A DNA stretch of 42,715 nt from a virus. Lineage: Duplodnaviria; Caudoviricetes. The notes under the pieces are model-generated. The model was not told where the DNA came from and ran no database searches. It saw only the letters and a list, made by a program, of their open reading frames with translations. Shown piece after piece: positions 24,950 to 33,717 of the stretch (its first letter is position 1; every line of letters begins with the position of its first letter). The DNA lies in IMG/VR virus record IMGVR_UViG_3300024283_000302, positions 1 through 42,715 of that record, one strand, 5' to 3'. A program made the translations under genes and the position numbers.

Positions 24950-26560
24950 CTAATTCCAATCCCACTTATTCATCTGCGCGGGAACGAACAGCCCCGCGTC
25001 CGTTCGCGCGAATTCCGTTCCGTCCAAAAACATTTCCGCCGTAGCGTTCCCCCGCTGTCGGGCCTTAAACGCCGCTATCAACGCCGCGTCCTCCTCAGCT
25101 TCTTGCGCCGAGATCGGCGACACCGCTCTCAACTCCGCGTATTTATCCTTCTCAGCGAGTTTTGCGGGATCCGGACGTGTGGCGACCGCGTACCGAAACG
25201 AATCGACGCTATCGAACCTCGCGGTCGCCGTTTTCTTGATCTCATTCCGTCCCTCGACCCATAATGCCCCGTCGTGCTCGGCGCGAAAGGTCTCGCACGT
25301 CCGATAAACGAACACCCTCGGACACCCCTCCAACTCAATCCTCTTCGCGTGCTCGGGATCGGCCTCGCGTAACCATTCGGGCGCGGGCAGACCCTTTCCG
25401 TTCTTCCCTTTTCGCAAGTGTAAGTAACCCGCGACCGAAAGCGTTCCGGCGAGCACATGTTTCTCGGCGACACGCGTGTAAATTTCATGCAGTGCGAGAT
25501 CGGTCGCCGCGACTTTATTCTCCGGATCAATCACGAACGTCGTTTTACTACTGTCCCACGGCATCGAACGCTTGATCCATGCCGCGACTTCATCCACCAA
25601 GGTCGTCGCCTTCGTGAACTCATCCGTCACGATCAAATTCCCGTGATTATCGACGTAAACGCACAACACGGACCACGGACAGCTCCCGCCGACATCAATC
25701 GGCCCCACGCACTCCCACGAATCCGGGATATGCGGAAGCGGGTTTATGTTGTGAACGGAATTAAGCGTGAACTCCTTGTAAACCTTCCCGCTGAAATTCT
25801 CAAAACTCGCCTCGATATACCGCCGTACGAACTCCGGCGGAGAGTTGAGAATAAAATTCTCATAAAACCCGTCATCCACAAACCCGCCGTTTGAGATCAT
25901 GTTCTCGCGCGAGTCCATGTGGATACCGAGTTTGTTGCCGTTCACATAAGAACGGTAAAACACGCCGTTGAGCGGATCCAACGGCTTATAATTCGGGAAG
26001 AAGTCCTGAAAAATCCAATCGTTCCCGGCGGGATTCGCATTTCCAAGAGCGAACCTCACCTTCGCGCAGTTATTCCGTAATCGCCCGTTCAACGCCACCC
26101 ACTCTTCGCGAGAAATCTCCTCCGCTTGTTCAACGAGGAACGCGCCGAGATTGTGTCCGGTGCGACGGGTCTTAGTACCAAGTGCTGAAGCGTCGCGAAT
26201 GTGTTGAAAATACGCGATCGATTTATTCTTAAAATGAACGACCATCCCGGTCTGCCCGCGTTTGTGGACCTTCGCGATCCACGATTCGGGACACTGCTTA
26301 AAAAACTCGGGGATCATCGTCTTTTCGAGATCGCTCCCGCGCAGGCGCCCAAACAACACTTCGTTCCCGGGGTACTTCGCGATCAAGTACAACATTTTTT
26401 GGAGACCGGAGAAACTTTTGCCCGACGAGAAGCCCCCAACCGTCATCTCCTGATACACCGTGTACGGCTTATCGCACTGTCCGCGCTGGGGGAAATTAAT
26501 AAACGCGCGCTGGGAGGGAGTTAAGCGGGCTTTGGGAACGTGGGGGGCGGGCGAAGGCAT
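24950..26560 (-). CDS. terL: Terminase large subunit
   Basis: Walker A GGFSSGKS, Walker B FLVEQAEE, GRLR, motif C NANP, nuclease IDVG...VIDP...DSVDSFRY. Confidence 0.93.
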   Translation of the reverse strand: MPSPAPHVPKARLTPSQRAFINFPQRGQCDKPYTVYQEMTVGGFSSGKSFSGLQKMLYLIAKYPGNEVLFGRLRGSDLEKTMIPEFFKQCPESWIAKVHKRGQTGMVVHFKNKSIAYFQHIRDASALGTKTRRTGHNLGAFLVEQAEEISREEWVALNGRLRNNCAKVRFALGNANPAGNDWIFQDFFPNYKPLDPLNGVFYRSYVNGNKLGIHMDSRENMISNGGFVDDGFYENFILNSPPEFVRRYIEASFENFSGKVYKEFTLNSVHNINPLPHIPDSWECVGPIDVGGSCPWSVLCVYVDNHGNLIVTDEFTKATTLVDEVAAWIKRSMPWDSSKTTFVIDPENKVAATDLALHEIYTRVAEKHVLAGTLSVAGYLHLRKGKNGKGLPAPEWLREADPEHAKRIELEGCPRVFVYRTCETFRAEHDGALWVEGRNEIKKTATARFDSVDSFRYAVATRPDPAKLAEKDKYAELRAVSPISAQEAEEDAALIAAFKARQRGNATAEMFLDGTEFARTDAGLFVPAQMNKWDWN

Positions 26561-26632
26561 CCTACTCTAAGTTTAACCGACCGCGAAAAAGGGAGTGGAT
26601 TTCTCCCGAGAAATGCGTTATAATCCGTTTCT

Positions 26633-26833
26633 ATGAATCTTCACATCACCTTCAGCATCAACGGTTCGTTATCAATGCTGGACTTCCCCAACGCAACGGG
26701 CGAGTTCATTGTCACCCACAACAATTTTTCCCTTTTCCAAGTGAATCGAGGAAATAAAGTCATCGCCGAGTTCCAAGCGCACGCGGTCGTAGGCTGGGAC
26801 TCCGAACAGAAAAAAGAGAGCGGCGAGATTTAA
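26633..26833 (+). CDS. Hypothetical moron protein (66 aa), near-leaderless
   Basis: TATAAT at 26619-26624, 8 nt before ATG. Confidence 0.6.
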   Translation: MNLHITFSINGSLSMLDFPNATGEFIVTHNNFSLFQVNRGNKVIAEFQAHAVVGWDSEQKKESGEI

Positions 26834-26847
26834 CTCCCACCGCTCTC
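26810..26847 (-). terminator. Minus-strand intrinsic terminator overlapping moron 3' end
   Basis: GAGAGCGGTGGGAG-TTAAAT-CTCGCCGCTCTC-TTTTTT. Confidence 0.6.
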
Positions 26848-26913
26848 TCGCGACCCCGCGTCAATTTTTCGGCGGACGGTGCGCTGTTATTAGTTTATCG
26901 TGTATGGGACAAG

Positions 26914-26940
26914 AAAAAGGGAGGCCGGTTAAAGCCTCCC
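26914..26940 (-). terminator. Intrinsic terminator after fibre-like gene
   Basis: GGGAGGC-TTTAACCG-GCCTCCC-TTTTT. Confidence 0.8.
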
Positions 26941-26961
26941 TAAATTATTGATTCTAAAGGA

Positions 26962-28278
26962 CTAATTTCCTAAACAGATCCATTGCACCACGTCCGTCGC
27001 GCCAGTGGTGTTCGTGATCGCCGCAACCGTTCCAGAACTCGGAATCATCTGGACGGGATTGGCGCGGGTTGTCACGTCGTTCGCCACGCAGAAATACGAG
27101 GTGGACGACGTGAAGCCGTTCGGAAACGTGATGTTCGCAGCGTTCGCGGCGAGAGTTGACTCGCCGACGTAAATCTGCGTCTTCGGCGTGACCGCAGCGA
27201 CCGAGCACGTCTGGTTGCCCGAGCCAGTGCTGCCGCATGACTCCACAATCGGAAGTCCGCCAGCATTCACCGGAAGACTCAGCGACTCCGTGCCCAACGC
27301 GCCAGTTGCGGGATTCAACGTAACCGTCCCGGTCGTGGCGTTGTTGAGAATCAACTGGCCCACTGCGGAACCACTCGTGCCCAACACAAGCGAAGCAGTC
27401 GGCGTGATCGTGACCGCACCGGAGAACGAGTTCGAGCTTCCACCGAACGTTCCCACGCCGGTTGAAGTCTTGAAGGTTCCCGTACTACCGCTGAAATCGT
27501 TCGACACCGCGCCCGATGCCAACAGACCCGCAGTAAAAGTGGGAATGCCGGTTACAGAAATCGCGCCATTTCCCAAAGTCACCGCGCCGGTCGAGGTCTT
27601 GAACGTCCCAGTCGATCCTGAGAAATCGTTCGAAGCCGCTCCACTCGCCGTCAAACCAGTCGCAATGACCGGAGTGGTAAGCGTCGGGGTCGTCATGTTG
27701 GTGGCGGAGAGAGTTTGCGTGGTCGTTGGATTCGCATAAGCGACGTTCGCTGCGCCTCCCGGATCGGTAAACGTCACCGTCCGTGAAGCGGCGAGCGTAT
27801 CCGCAAGAGTGAGCGTGGTGCTCGCCGTTGCCCCCGACGCCTGGAACTTAATCACCTTCGTGCCGTCCGTGGGATCGACGATTTTCGTGGTGGTCGCGCT
27901 CATCGCCGTGATATCCGGCGGAATGAAAATGTTGTAATTGAAGAATCCACCACCACCCAACGTGGTGTTGAACTGCAACGTGTACGCGCCCGCTGCGGCG
28001 CAAATCGTGAACGGCCCCTGGCCGCTCGGCACCGTGACCGGCTGAGTGATAAACGTCCCCAGCGTGTTGTCCGTTGCGATCGTGGTGTTGTTCGTGGTGA
28101 TGGGCGCTCCCGACGCATTCGCCCCAGATGCAACACGATAAACGTTCGTCGCATTGGGATTCTGGTACTCTGCGGGAATCGGGAAATAAACGCACCCGCC
28201 CTGGCCAAACGCCGCCGTGGACGTGAGCGTGAGGACGAACGCAAAAATCGCGGCCGTCAAAAACTTCTTAATAAACAT
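26962..28278 (-). CDS. Fibre-like protein with N-terminal signal peptide
   Basis: MFIKKFLTAAIFAFVLTLTSTAAFG|Q; Thr/Gly/Ser-rich; SNDFSGSTGTFKTSTG twice; C-terminal ITFPNGF...QWICLGN tip domain. Confidence 0.75.
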   Translation of the reverse strand: MFIKKFLTAAIFAFVLTLTSTAAFGQGGCVYFPIPAEYQNPNATNVYRVASGANASGAPITTNNTTIATDNTLGTFITQPVTVPSGQGPFTICAAAGAYTLQFNTTLGGGGFFNYNIFIPPDITAMSATTTKIVDPTDGTKVIKFQASGATASTTLTLADTLAASRTVTFTDPGGAANVAYANPTTTQTLSATNMTTPTLTTPVIATGLTASGAASNDFSGSTGTFKTSTGAVTLGNGAISVTGIPTFTAGLLASGAVSNDFSGSTGTFKTSTGVGTFGGSSNSFSGAVTITPTASLVLGTSGSAVGQLILNNATTGTVTLNPATGALGTESLSLPVNAGGLPIVESCGSTGSGNQTCSVAAVTPKTQIYVGESTLAANAANITFPNGFTSSTSYFCVANDVTTRANPVQMIPSSGTVAAITNTTGATDVVQWICLGN

Positions 28279-28467
28279 GATTGCTAAAACCTCGCGAGAT
28301 GAATTATGAAAATATGAATGCCCGGAGCGCCGTCGCTCCAGAGAGTTAACTACAGATAGTTTACTCGCAGGGGGGAGGGGAGAGAAGGGCGCGTTCGGCG
28401 TGCGCGGGCGTGAAAAACGGCCCGAGTTAACCCTCCTCGAACCGCTTCTTTTCCGGTTTTTTAAATA

Positions 28468-28866
28468 TTACGCGAGATTCGGGATTCTGTCAATCCCGCT
28501 CGGACGTGGCGTGAGCGGCGGCGCAAGAGCGGGAGCCTGTGCTCCACCCGTCTGCGGCACGACCGCGGGACTTCCCGACGCCGCAATCAAATCTCCGTAC
28601 GCCGAACCCGCGCCGGACATATCGCTTCCGAGCTTGGGCCCATACGCCGCGTTCACGATATCCTGGGGCGACGAGCCATATGCGCTCGGTGCGGTGCCTG
28701 GCCCTGAGTTCCGCATATCCGCGAGCCCCGACGTGGCCGGCGCCGCGCTCATCGTCGGCGTCGAATTCTGTATCGCAACCGTTCCCGGCGCCCCAGACGC
28801 ACTCGCTAAAGGCGGGGGCGCGGGTGCTAGTGTCGAACCCATATCGTTCCCACCCTGCGTTCCCAT
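28468..28866 (-). CDS. Disordered Ala/Pro/Gly/Ser-rich protein containing SGLADM
   Basis: ATG 28866; 132 aa, low complexity. Confidence 0.55.
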   Translation of the reverse strand: MGTQGGNDMGSTLAPAPPPLASASGAPGTVAIQNSTPTMSAAPATSGLADMRNSGPGTAPSAYGSSPQDIVNAAYGPKLGSDMSGAGSAYGDLIAASGSPAVVPQTGGAQAPALAPPLTPRPSGIDRIPNLA

Positions 28867-28888
28867 CGTGTTCCCGCCGCGCTGAAAA

Positions 28889-29419
28889 CTATTCTTGTTC
28901 ACGCTCAACTCCTTCGTCCTCGTCGGTTTCGTGCGCACCCATCTCATCCGGCTCCCACCCTGTCGCGTCAATCTCCGGCCCCAACGGCAACGGCTCGGGC
29001 TTGATTTCTTCCCTCTTCTCCACGACGTACGCCCTGCCCAACACGGTCGCTGCCTTATCGCCCTTCCGCTGTGCGATCTCGCTCAACTTCGCTTCGGTCG
29101 CGTAGTCCCGGACGCGCTTATCGCCTTCCTTTTTCCAACACTCCGGCACGTGCGCGGCGGCATCCAGCCACGCCCACATGATTTCGTAGAACCGCTTTTT
29201 CGCTTCCGGATCCTTTTCGAGATCCCGTAGTATCGCCGTTTCGTTCCGGTCGCCCTCGGTCGCTTTCGACCGTTCCAGCGCCGCGGCCTCGGCCTTCGCC
29301 TTCAAATCCGCGCGGTAGCACGGTGAACACATCCCCTTCGCCTTCTCAGGCCGCGAGGGATGGCAGAGAGCTTTCTTAACGGGTTCGGGAAAGAGTGTCG
29401 TAGCGGTGGCGCGGGTCAT
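28889..29419 (-). CDS. Candidate terminase small subunit with N-terminal Zn finger
   Basis: CHPSRPEKAKGMCSPCY then helices and acidic tail; near start of late region; TerS role is positional inference. Confidence 0.4.
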   Translation of the reverse strand: MTRATATTLFPEPVKKALCHPSRPEKAKGMCSPCYRADLKAKAEAAALERSKATEGDRNETAILRDLEKDPEAKKRFYEIMWAWLDAAAHVPECWKKEGDKRVRDYATEAKLSEIAQRKGDKAATVLGRAYVVEKREEIKPEPLPLGPEIDATGWEPDEMGAHETDEDEGVEREQE

Positions 29420-29928
29420 GCTAACGATAGTTTAGCAGCGGCGAACGTGCAGGCGTCGATATCGTATGGAAACGTCTCCTCGCCGTTCACCACGACGCGA
29501 TCGTCCGTCCAAATCAACGGTTTGAATCCCAACGAGCGTGAGTACCACCGGGCGGGGACACCGATCGAGAGCGCCCTGGCGCACATGTCCAACGTGCCGT
29601 TCCCGCCCGTGTGTGGATCCGGCGCCCACAAATCCTCTCGAAACGCCCAGACCTCGACATAATCGCCCTCGCCCACGAGCTTCGTCGCGGCTTCGAGCAT
29701 TTTTTCGTTCCGCAACGTGCCGGCACTACGCCCGAACCTCGCCCACTCCGCGTCAACTTGGAGATGGGGGAGCTTGAGTATGACCGCGGCGTTCTTGCCG
29801 TGCGAGTCCGCCCCGGACGCACCACCCTGCACGACGAACTTGATATTCGGGCGCTCGGCTTCGAGTGCCGCATAAATCAGCGAGTAACGCGAAAACGTCC
29901 GCCCACCACAAAGAATTATCACCTTCAT
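29416..29928 (-). CDS. SLOG-family (YspA/DUF2493-like) protein
   Basis: IILCGGR...VVQGGASGAD...AEWARFGRSAGTLRNEKM...GTLDM. Confidence 0.85.
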   Translation of the reverse strand: MKVIILCGGRTFSRYSLIYAALEAERPNIKFVVQGGASGADSHGKNAAVILKLPHLQVDAEWARFGRSAGTLRNEKMLEAATKLVGEGDYVEVWAFREDLWAPDPHTGGNGTLDMCARALSIGVPARWYSRSLGFKPLIWTDDRVVVNGEETFPYDIDACTFAAAKLSLA

Positions 29929-30302
29929 TTCGGCCTCTCGTATTTCAGGATGTCGGGGTGGACCGGGCCAATAGCATGACCGAGATGTTGACGCGACAAA
30001 CCGAAGTACTGCTCCTTGGAGTAATCGGTATCGTCAAACACAGATTGGCAATTCGGGAACACCTGGTGACACTTCACGCATCGGCGGTCGTTCGTGAAAT
30101 CGCCGGGAATGCGCTCCAGAAGATCATGGGGACATTCGCGTTTCAAGTTCTCGAACTCCAACCCAGTCGTGTCCACCACGACTTGAGATGGAGAGATGAA
30201 GGCCGCGCCGGTCATCGCTTCCGTCTCGTCCTTGATCCGTTCCAACGCCTTGACCAACTCCGGATCGACCGGCGGGAGTTCTCGAAAAATTCGTTCGCTC
30301 AT
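29925..30302 (-). CDS. Hypothetical protein with CPH...CxxC, leaderless
   Basis: First gene of leftward unit; promoter ends 6 nt upstream. Confidence 0.65.
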   Translation of the reverse strand: MSERIFRELPPVDPELVKALERIKDETEAMTGAAFISPSQVVVDTTGLEFENLKRECPHDLLERIPGDFTNDRRCVKCHQVFPNCQSVFDDTDYSKEQYFGLSRQHLGHAIGPVHPDILKYERPK

Positions 30303-30308
30303 CCCGCT

Positions 30309-30337
30309 ACTCTACCACTCCCGAGCGCGGGCGTCAA
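30309..30337 (-). promoter_or_regulatory. Leaderless sigma70-type promoter
   Basis: TTGACG-N17-TAGAGT-N6-ATG. Confidence 0.75.
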
Positions 30338-30339
30338 CC

Positions 30340-30990
30340 AACAAAAATTGTCATTCGGGATTCAAGAATCCAGAACGCTTGGTTCGCGACCCAAACTTGC
30401 GTTTAAATGCCCCACCCCGAACGCCGTTGGCTCGCCCTGTGACCGCCGGTCTCCCGAACCCACTCCGCTACCCCGAACGCCTCAAATCGCCTCCTACGCT
30501 CTCGCGGAAGTGACCCTTCGCCTTTCGCGCTTCTCGCGAGAAAACGCACACGACTTTTCAACAACTTCCCCACTTCCGGACCTTAGAAAATACGGTTGTT
30601 TTCGCTTTGACCCCCGAATCCATCTGCGAATTGGCGTATAGTTCGATGAATCCGACCTTCTCTTTTCGAAATGAGCGAAAAGTTCCGTAAAGTGGATGTT
30701 ACCTCTCTCCAAACCACCCCGGGGCGTCTCGGACCTCCCCCCGTGCACGCCGGCTGCGGTGCCGTGCGCCAGGCGCGGCGACACAAAAACTCCGTGCTCT
30801 CATAGCGTTCGCGGGCGTCTAAAGCTCTGGCGAGGTCGTGCGCGGTGGCGTCCGACACAATGTCGCGTCCGCCGGCGGCAAGCTCGACCACAATTCCCCG
30901 CACGGTCCCGCGACCTCTTCACAATCTTCACTTTCCGCGTGATTTTCCGTAGATTATTAAGCGAACGGCCCAAACAAACGTCAAATCGCC
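30340..30990. other. Non-coding gap between divergent late and early units; candidate genome-end/packaging region
   Basis: No credible ORF; C-rich + strand; ACCCCGGGG and CCCCCC tracts; CCCCGAACGC twice. Confidence 0.4.
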
Positions 30991-30991
30991 A

Positions 30992-31020
30992 TTTACACCT
31001 TAGTTTTCGTCCGTTATGAT
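30992..31020 (+). promoter_or_regulatory. Early promoter
   Basis: TTTACA-N17-TATGAT. Confidence 0.75.
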
Positions 31021-31064
31021 GTTCGCACAGTCGGTCAGACTTTAAACGGAGGTCACTCACCACG

Positions 31065-31310
31065 ATGGAGAAGTTAATAGCACGTTGGGAATCACGTAGC
31101 GGTAAACATTGGGTAGATCTGTACTTCAATCCAGCATTCAAGCTGGCAGATGGCCGTATTGTCACAGATGCGCATTATCAGGGAGTGCGTTGTGGTGGCG
31201 GAATACAAGCTGATTCGCCTGAGACGGCAATTACCGCCATGGAAACTCTGATTGCTCGTGGTGGCTTCCAGTATGACGCAAACAAGACTCCAATGAAACG
31301 AGTGAAGTAA
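31065..31310 (+). CDS. Early hypothetical protein
   Basis: GGAGG RBS; 81 aa. Confidence 0.75.
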   Translation: MEKLIARWESRSGKHWVDLYFNPAFKLADGRIVTDAHYQGVRCGGGIQADSPETAITAMETLIARGGFQYDANKTPMKRVK

Positions 31311-31357
31311 CGCACGGCAACCAAGACGGACAGTCTATAAACGGAGGATCACGGATC

Positions 31358-31561
31358 ATGAAACGAATCACAGCAAATGAAGTTGACGTTAAGGAATCCA
31401 AGGTAGAGGTATCACCTCGCCTTGCAACCGCAATCGACAAATTGAACATGGCTCTGTTTGCAGAGTTTGGACTGGATCACGCCTATACCATCATGGGACG
31501 CGGGCAGGTAATTGCGGCCAGCAACCTAAAACTTGGGAAGGTTGACGCTAAGATCGCTTAG
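31358..31561 (+). CDS. Early hypothetical protein
   Basis: GGAGG RBS; 67 aa. Confidence 0.7.
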   Translation: MKRITANEVDVKESKVEVSPRLATAIDKLNMALFAEFGLDHAYTIMGRGQVIAASNLKLGKVDAKIA

Positions 31562-31619
31562 CCATCGCTAGGGCGCACCGTCGCGGGCTGGCGCGTCCTG
31601 TGGGGAGGCTAATCACATT

Positions 31620-31907
31620 ATGAACGATATTAACTACATTGAAGAGACGCCTAGTGAACGTGGTATAGACGTGACCATTATCGGCGGAGTGCTGTTGCAG
31701 TCGGAAATCATTCGCCGTGATCCATTTCAGCGGTCAGTTCCGTGCTGGCAGTTCAAGCGTTATCACCTGTTCAAGGCGCACGGACGGACTTATATCTGCA
31801 CTACCATAAGCACGGAGACGCTTATTAAGCTGGCGTTCCCCTACTCGAATATCGAGCACGCGGAGATGGACGCGGATGTGTTCATTATATCGCCCAAGGG
31901 GAATTGA
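31620..31907 (+). CDS. Early hypothetical protein
   Basis: GGAGG RBS; 95 aa. Confidence 0.65.
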   Translation: MNDINYIEETPSERGIDVTIIGGVLLQSEIIRRDPFQRSVPCWQFKRYHLFKAHGRTYICTTISTETLIKLAFPYSNIEHAEMDADVFIISPKGN

Positions 31908-31948
31908 GAACGGCGCAATCCCGCGCACAGGAACCACGGGGGAACACA

Positions 31949-32110
31949 ATGGACACACTAACAGTTGAACAGAATCGAGCAATCGCGGAAGCGCAGAGCC
32001 TTTTACAGATGCACTTGCGCGAGTTCACGAAGGATGAAGCCGAACGCCAGATGCTAACACGTCACGCGGTCTTTGGGCTGCTGGCGTGTGAGTTGGATAT
32101 TGATCTGTAA
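31949..32110 (+). CDS. Early hypothetical protein (53 aa)
   Basis: GGGGGA RBS and ATG 31949. Confidence 0.6.
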   Translation: MDTLTVEQNRAIAEAQSLLQMHLREFTKDEAERQMLTRHAVFGLLACELDIDL

Positions 32111-32122
32111 TCACAACCAACC

Positions 32123-32414
32123 ACGGGGGACACCCGGAGATTACAACGGAGGATTTTTATGACACTTACATTTGAACGCAACGAGTCGCACCCACAAGGC
32201 GCGGCAGAGCACACGATTACCGCAGATTGGTTTCAGGTGACTTATAACACGATTACAAGCGCACCCGGAAACGGAGAAGAGATAGCCGCTTGGGACGGGC
32301 ATTACTGGCGTACTCCAGACGGCGAAACATGGTCAGATATAGTGTTTGGATAGAAGCGCAATCCAGCGCAACGGAGCACGACCGCTCTCGTGCCACGAAC
32401 GGGGGACACCCGGA
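32123..32414 (+). repeat. Repeated intergenic leader ACGGGGGACACCCGGA...AACGGAGGAT
   Basis: 16-bp identity at 32123-32138 and 32399-32414; partial copy at 31934-31943. Confidence 0.85.
32159..32353 (+). CDS. Early hypothetical protein
   Basis: GGAGG RBS; 64 aa. Confidence 0.7.
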   Translation: MTLTFERNESHPQGAAEHTITADWFQVTYNTITSAPGNGEEIAAWDGHYWRTPDGETWSDIVFG

Positions 32415-32431
32415 AAACGGAGGATAGCGAT

Positions 32432-32806
32432 ATGACACACGAACGAGTAATGGATTTAGCAAGACTCACGGCAGAGCTGGCGGTATTGGCCGAGAGAAAC
32501 GCGAACCGGCATCGCAGCATAGCCAAACCCGCAATGACCACACAACAGATAGCCAACGATGCATTCCTGCTCATCAAATACGCATCCAGCCTATCTAACT
32601 ACGCGACCCAGGATTGCAATGTCGGACTCACGGAGAAGCAGAATAAATCCGTGGATTCGATTCGCAAGCGCGTGACACAGATCGTAGCCGCGTATAACGT
32701 AAAAGCTACGTTCTCCGGCGATCCCCGCGGCTACGTCACCCACCTGCATTTCCCCAGCGGGATTTATAACACGATGGGCGGAGCTGAGGCGGGGTGGGGA
32801 ATATGA
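32432..32806 (+). CDS. Early phage protein of GDPRG type
   Basis: GGAGG RBS; C-terminal FSGDPRGY...YNTMGG. Confidence 0.7.
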   Translation: MTHERVMDLARLTAELAVLAERNANRHRSIAKPAMTTQQIANDAFLLIKYASSLSNYATQDCNVGLTEKQNKSVDSIRKRVTQIVAAYNVKATFSGDPRGYVTHLHFPSGIYNTMGGAEAGWGI

Positions 32807-33153
32807 GTCTACACATCGAAGGCCGCAGGTGGTTTCAAAAGACCTATGGCAACACTTACCACTCGGTCAGGATATTCAAGGACGGGCAGGTTATCGCGCA
32901 TCTGCCGTATCAGTACGGCTATGGCGATGGATACTTGCAGACCGCGCTGGACTGGCTAAGGGCAAACGGTAACATTCCCGACGTATGCGCGAATTGCGGG
33001 AAACCACGCGAAGGACATCCACAACAGAGCGGTTCGGGACTAAGTAACCACTATCAGCATGGATTCATGCCGCATTACGGGACGCAGTATGTACGCGAGA
33101 CTCTCGGCGGGACTTACAGCGTGATTGATGTGACGCGGAAGGGGGATTTATGA
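32803..33153 (+). CDS. Early phage protein (WF..GNTYHS..QYGYG type) with CxxC insert
   Basis: ATGA overlap; motif recalled from phage early genes. Confidence 0.7.
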   Translation: MSLHIEGRRWFQKTYGNTYHSVRIFKDGQVIAHLPYQYGYGDGYLQTALDWLRANGNIPDVCANCGKPREGHPQQSGSGLSNHYQHGFMPHYGTQYVRETLGGTYSVIDVTRKGDL

Positions 33154-33329
33154 GCCCCATGACATCCATTGTCAATTACCAGATGAGCAAGGCCCAGCTT
33201 GATAGCTTGCTTGATTACCTGAGACGCCAACCTTGGGAACAGCGGCGGGATGAAATAGAGGTAATTCTCCATCGCGTCTATGTCGGGAGTCACATGGTTA
33301 GGGGGTGCGAACATGACGACCAGGGATAA
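33150..33329 (+). CDS. Hypothetical protein (59 aa, not in ORF track)
   Basis: ATGA overlap; MSPMTSIVNYQMSKAQLDSLLDYLRRQPW... Confidence 0.5.
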   Translation: MSPMTSIVNYQMSKAQLDSLLDYLRRQPWEQRRDEIEVILHRVYVGSHMVRGCEHDDQG

Positions 33330-33717
33330 GCTCATCTTCGTCTCCGCGATGTCCCGCGCCACCTCCGCGACCGTGCGCCAGTGCGAGGCGTTGATGCGGC
33401 TCACTAGCACTTTGCAGAAGCTGGGCACGTTCTCGATCATGACTTCGGCGAATGGTATAGCGGCCAAGCGCGAACGTATTCAGCGCAAGGTGACAGAGAT
33501 TTGCCTCACAATAACGAGTATTGGCATCTCGCCCAAGACACGCTGTCCCTGGCGCACTACCTGCCCCAAATGTGGACTGGTGCAACAAGGACGGCAGCTC
33601 TGTAATTCATGTGGAGAGGTTTGCCCATCTGAGACTCCGCGATGTGTGGCGGAATTTACATCTGGCGTGCTCGTGCGTGTCCCCGGCGGCGAGGGAATCG
33701 TGGTGCCCCATGCATAA
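33313..33717 (+). CDS. Early protein with Zn ribbon
   Basis: CPKC...CNSC. Confidence 0.6.
   Translation: MTTRDKLIFVSAMSRATSATVRQCEALMRLTSTLQKLGTFSIMTSANGIAAKRERIQRKVTEICLTITSIGISPKTRCPWRTTCPKCGLVQQGRQLCNSCGEVCPSETPRCVAEFTSGVLVRVPGGEGIVVPHA

Noticed and set aside
26080-26150. TerL Walker B reads VEQAEE rather than hhhhDE
   Set aside because: Variants of this kind occur in this terminase group and all other motifs are intact, so it is not evidence of inactivation
27440-27660. Internal fibre repeats as a DGR template/variable pair
   Set aside because: Differences are mostly synonymous and not adenine-specific; no reverse transcriptase in the window
29865-31019. ORFs crossing the 30.3-31.0 kb gap
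   Set aside because: Low-complexity Arg/Pro-rich translations that overlap promoters and real genes and lack RBS
31934-32434. Early-region repeats as a mini-CRISPR array
   Set aside because: Copies are 16 bp or shorter, irregularly spaced and separated by whole genes; no cas genes
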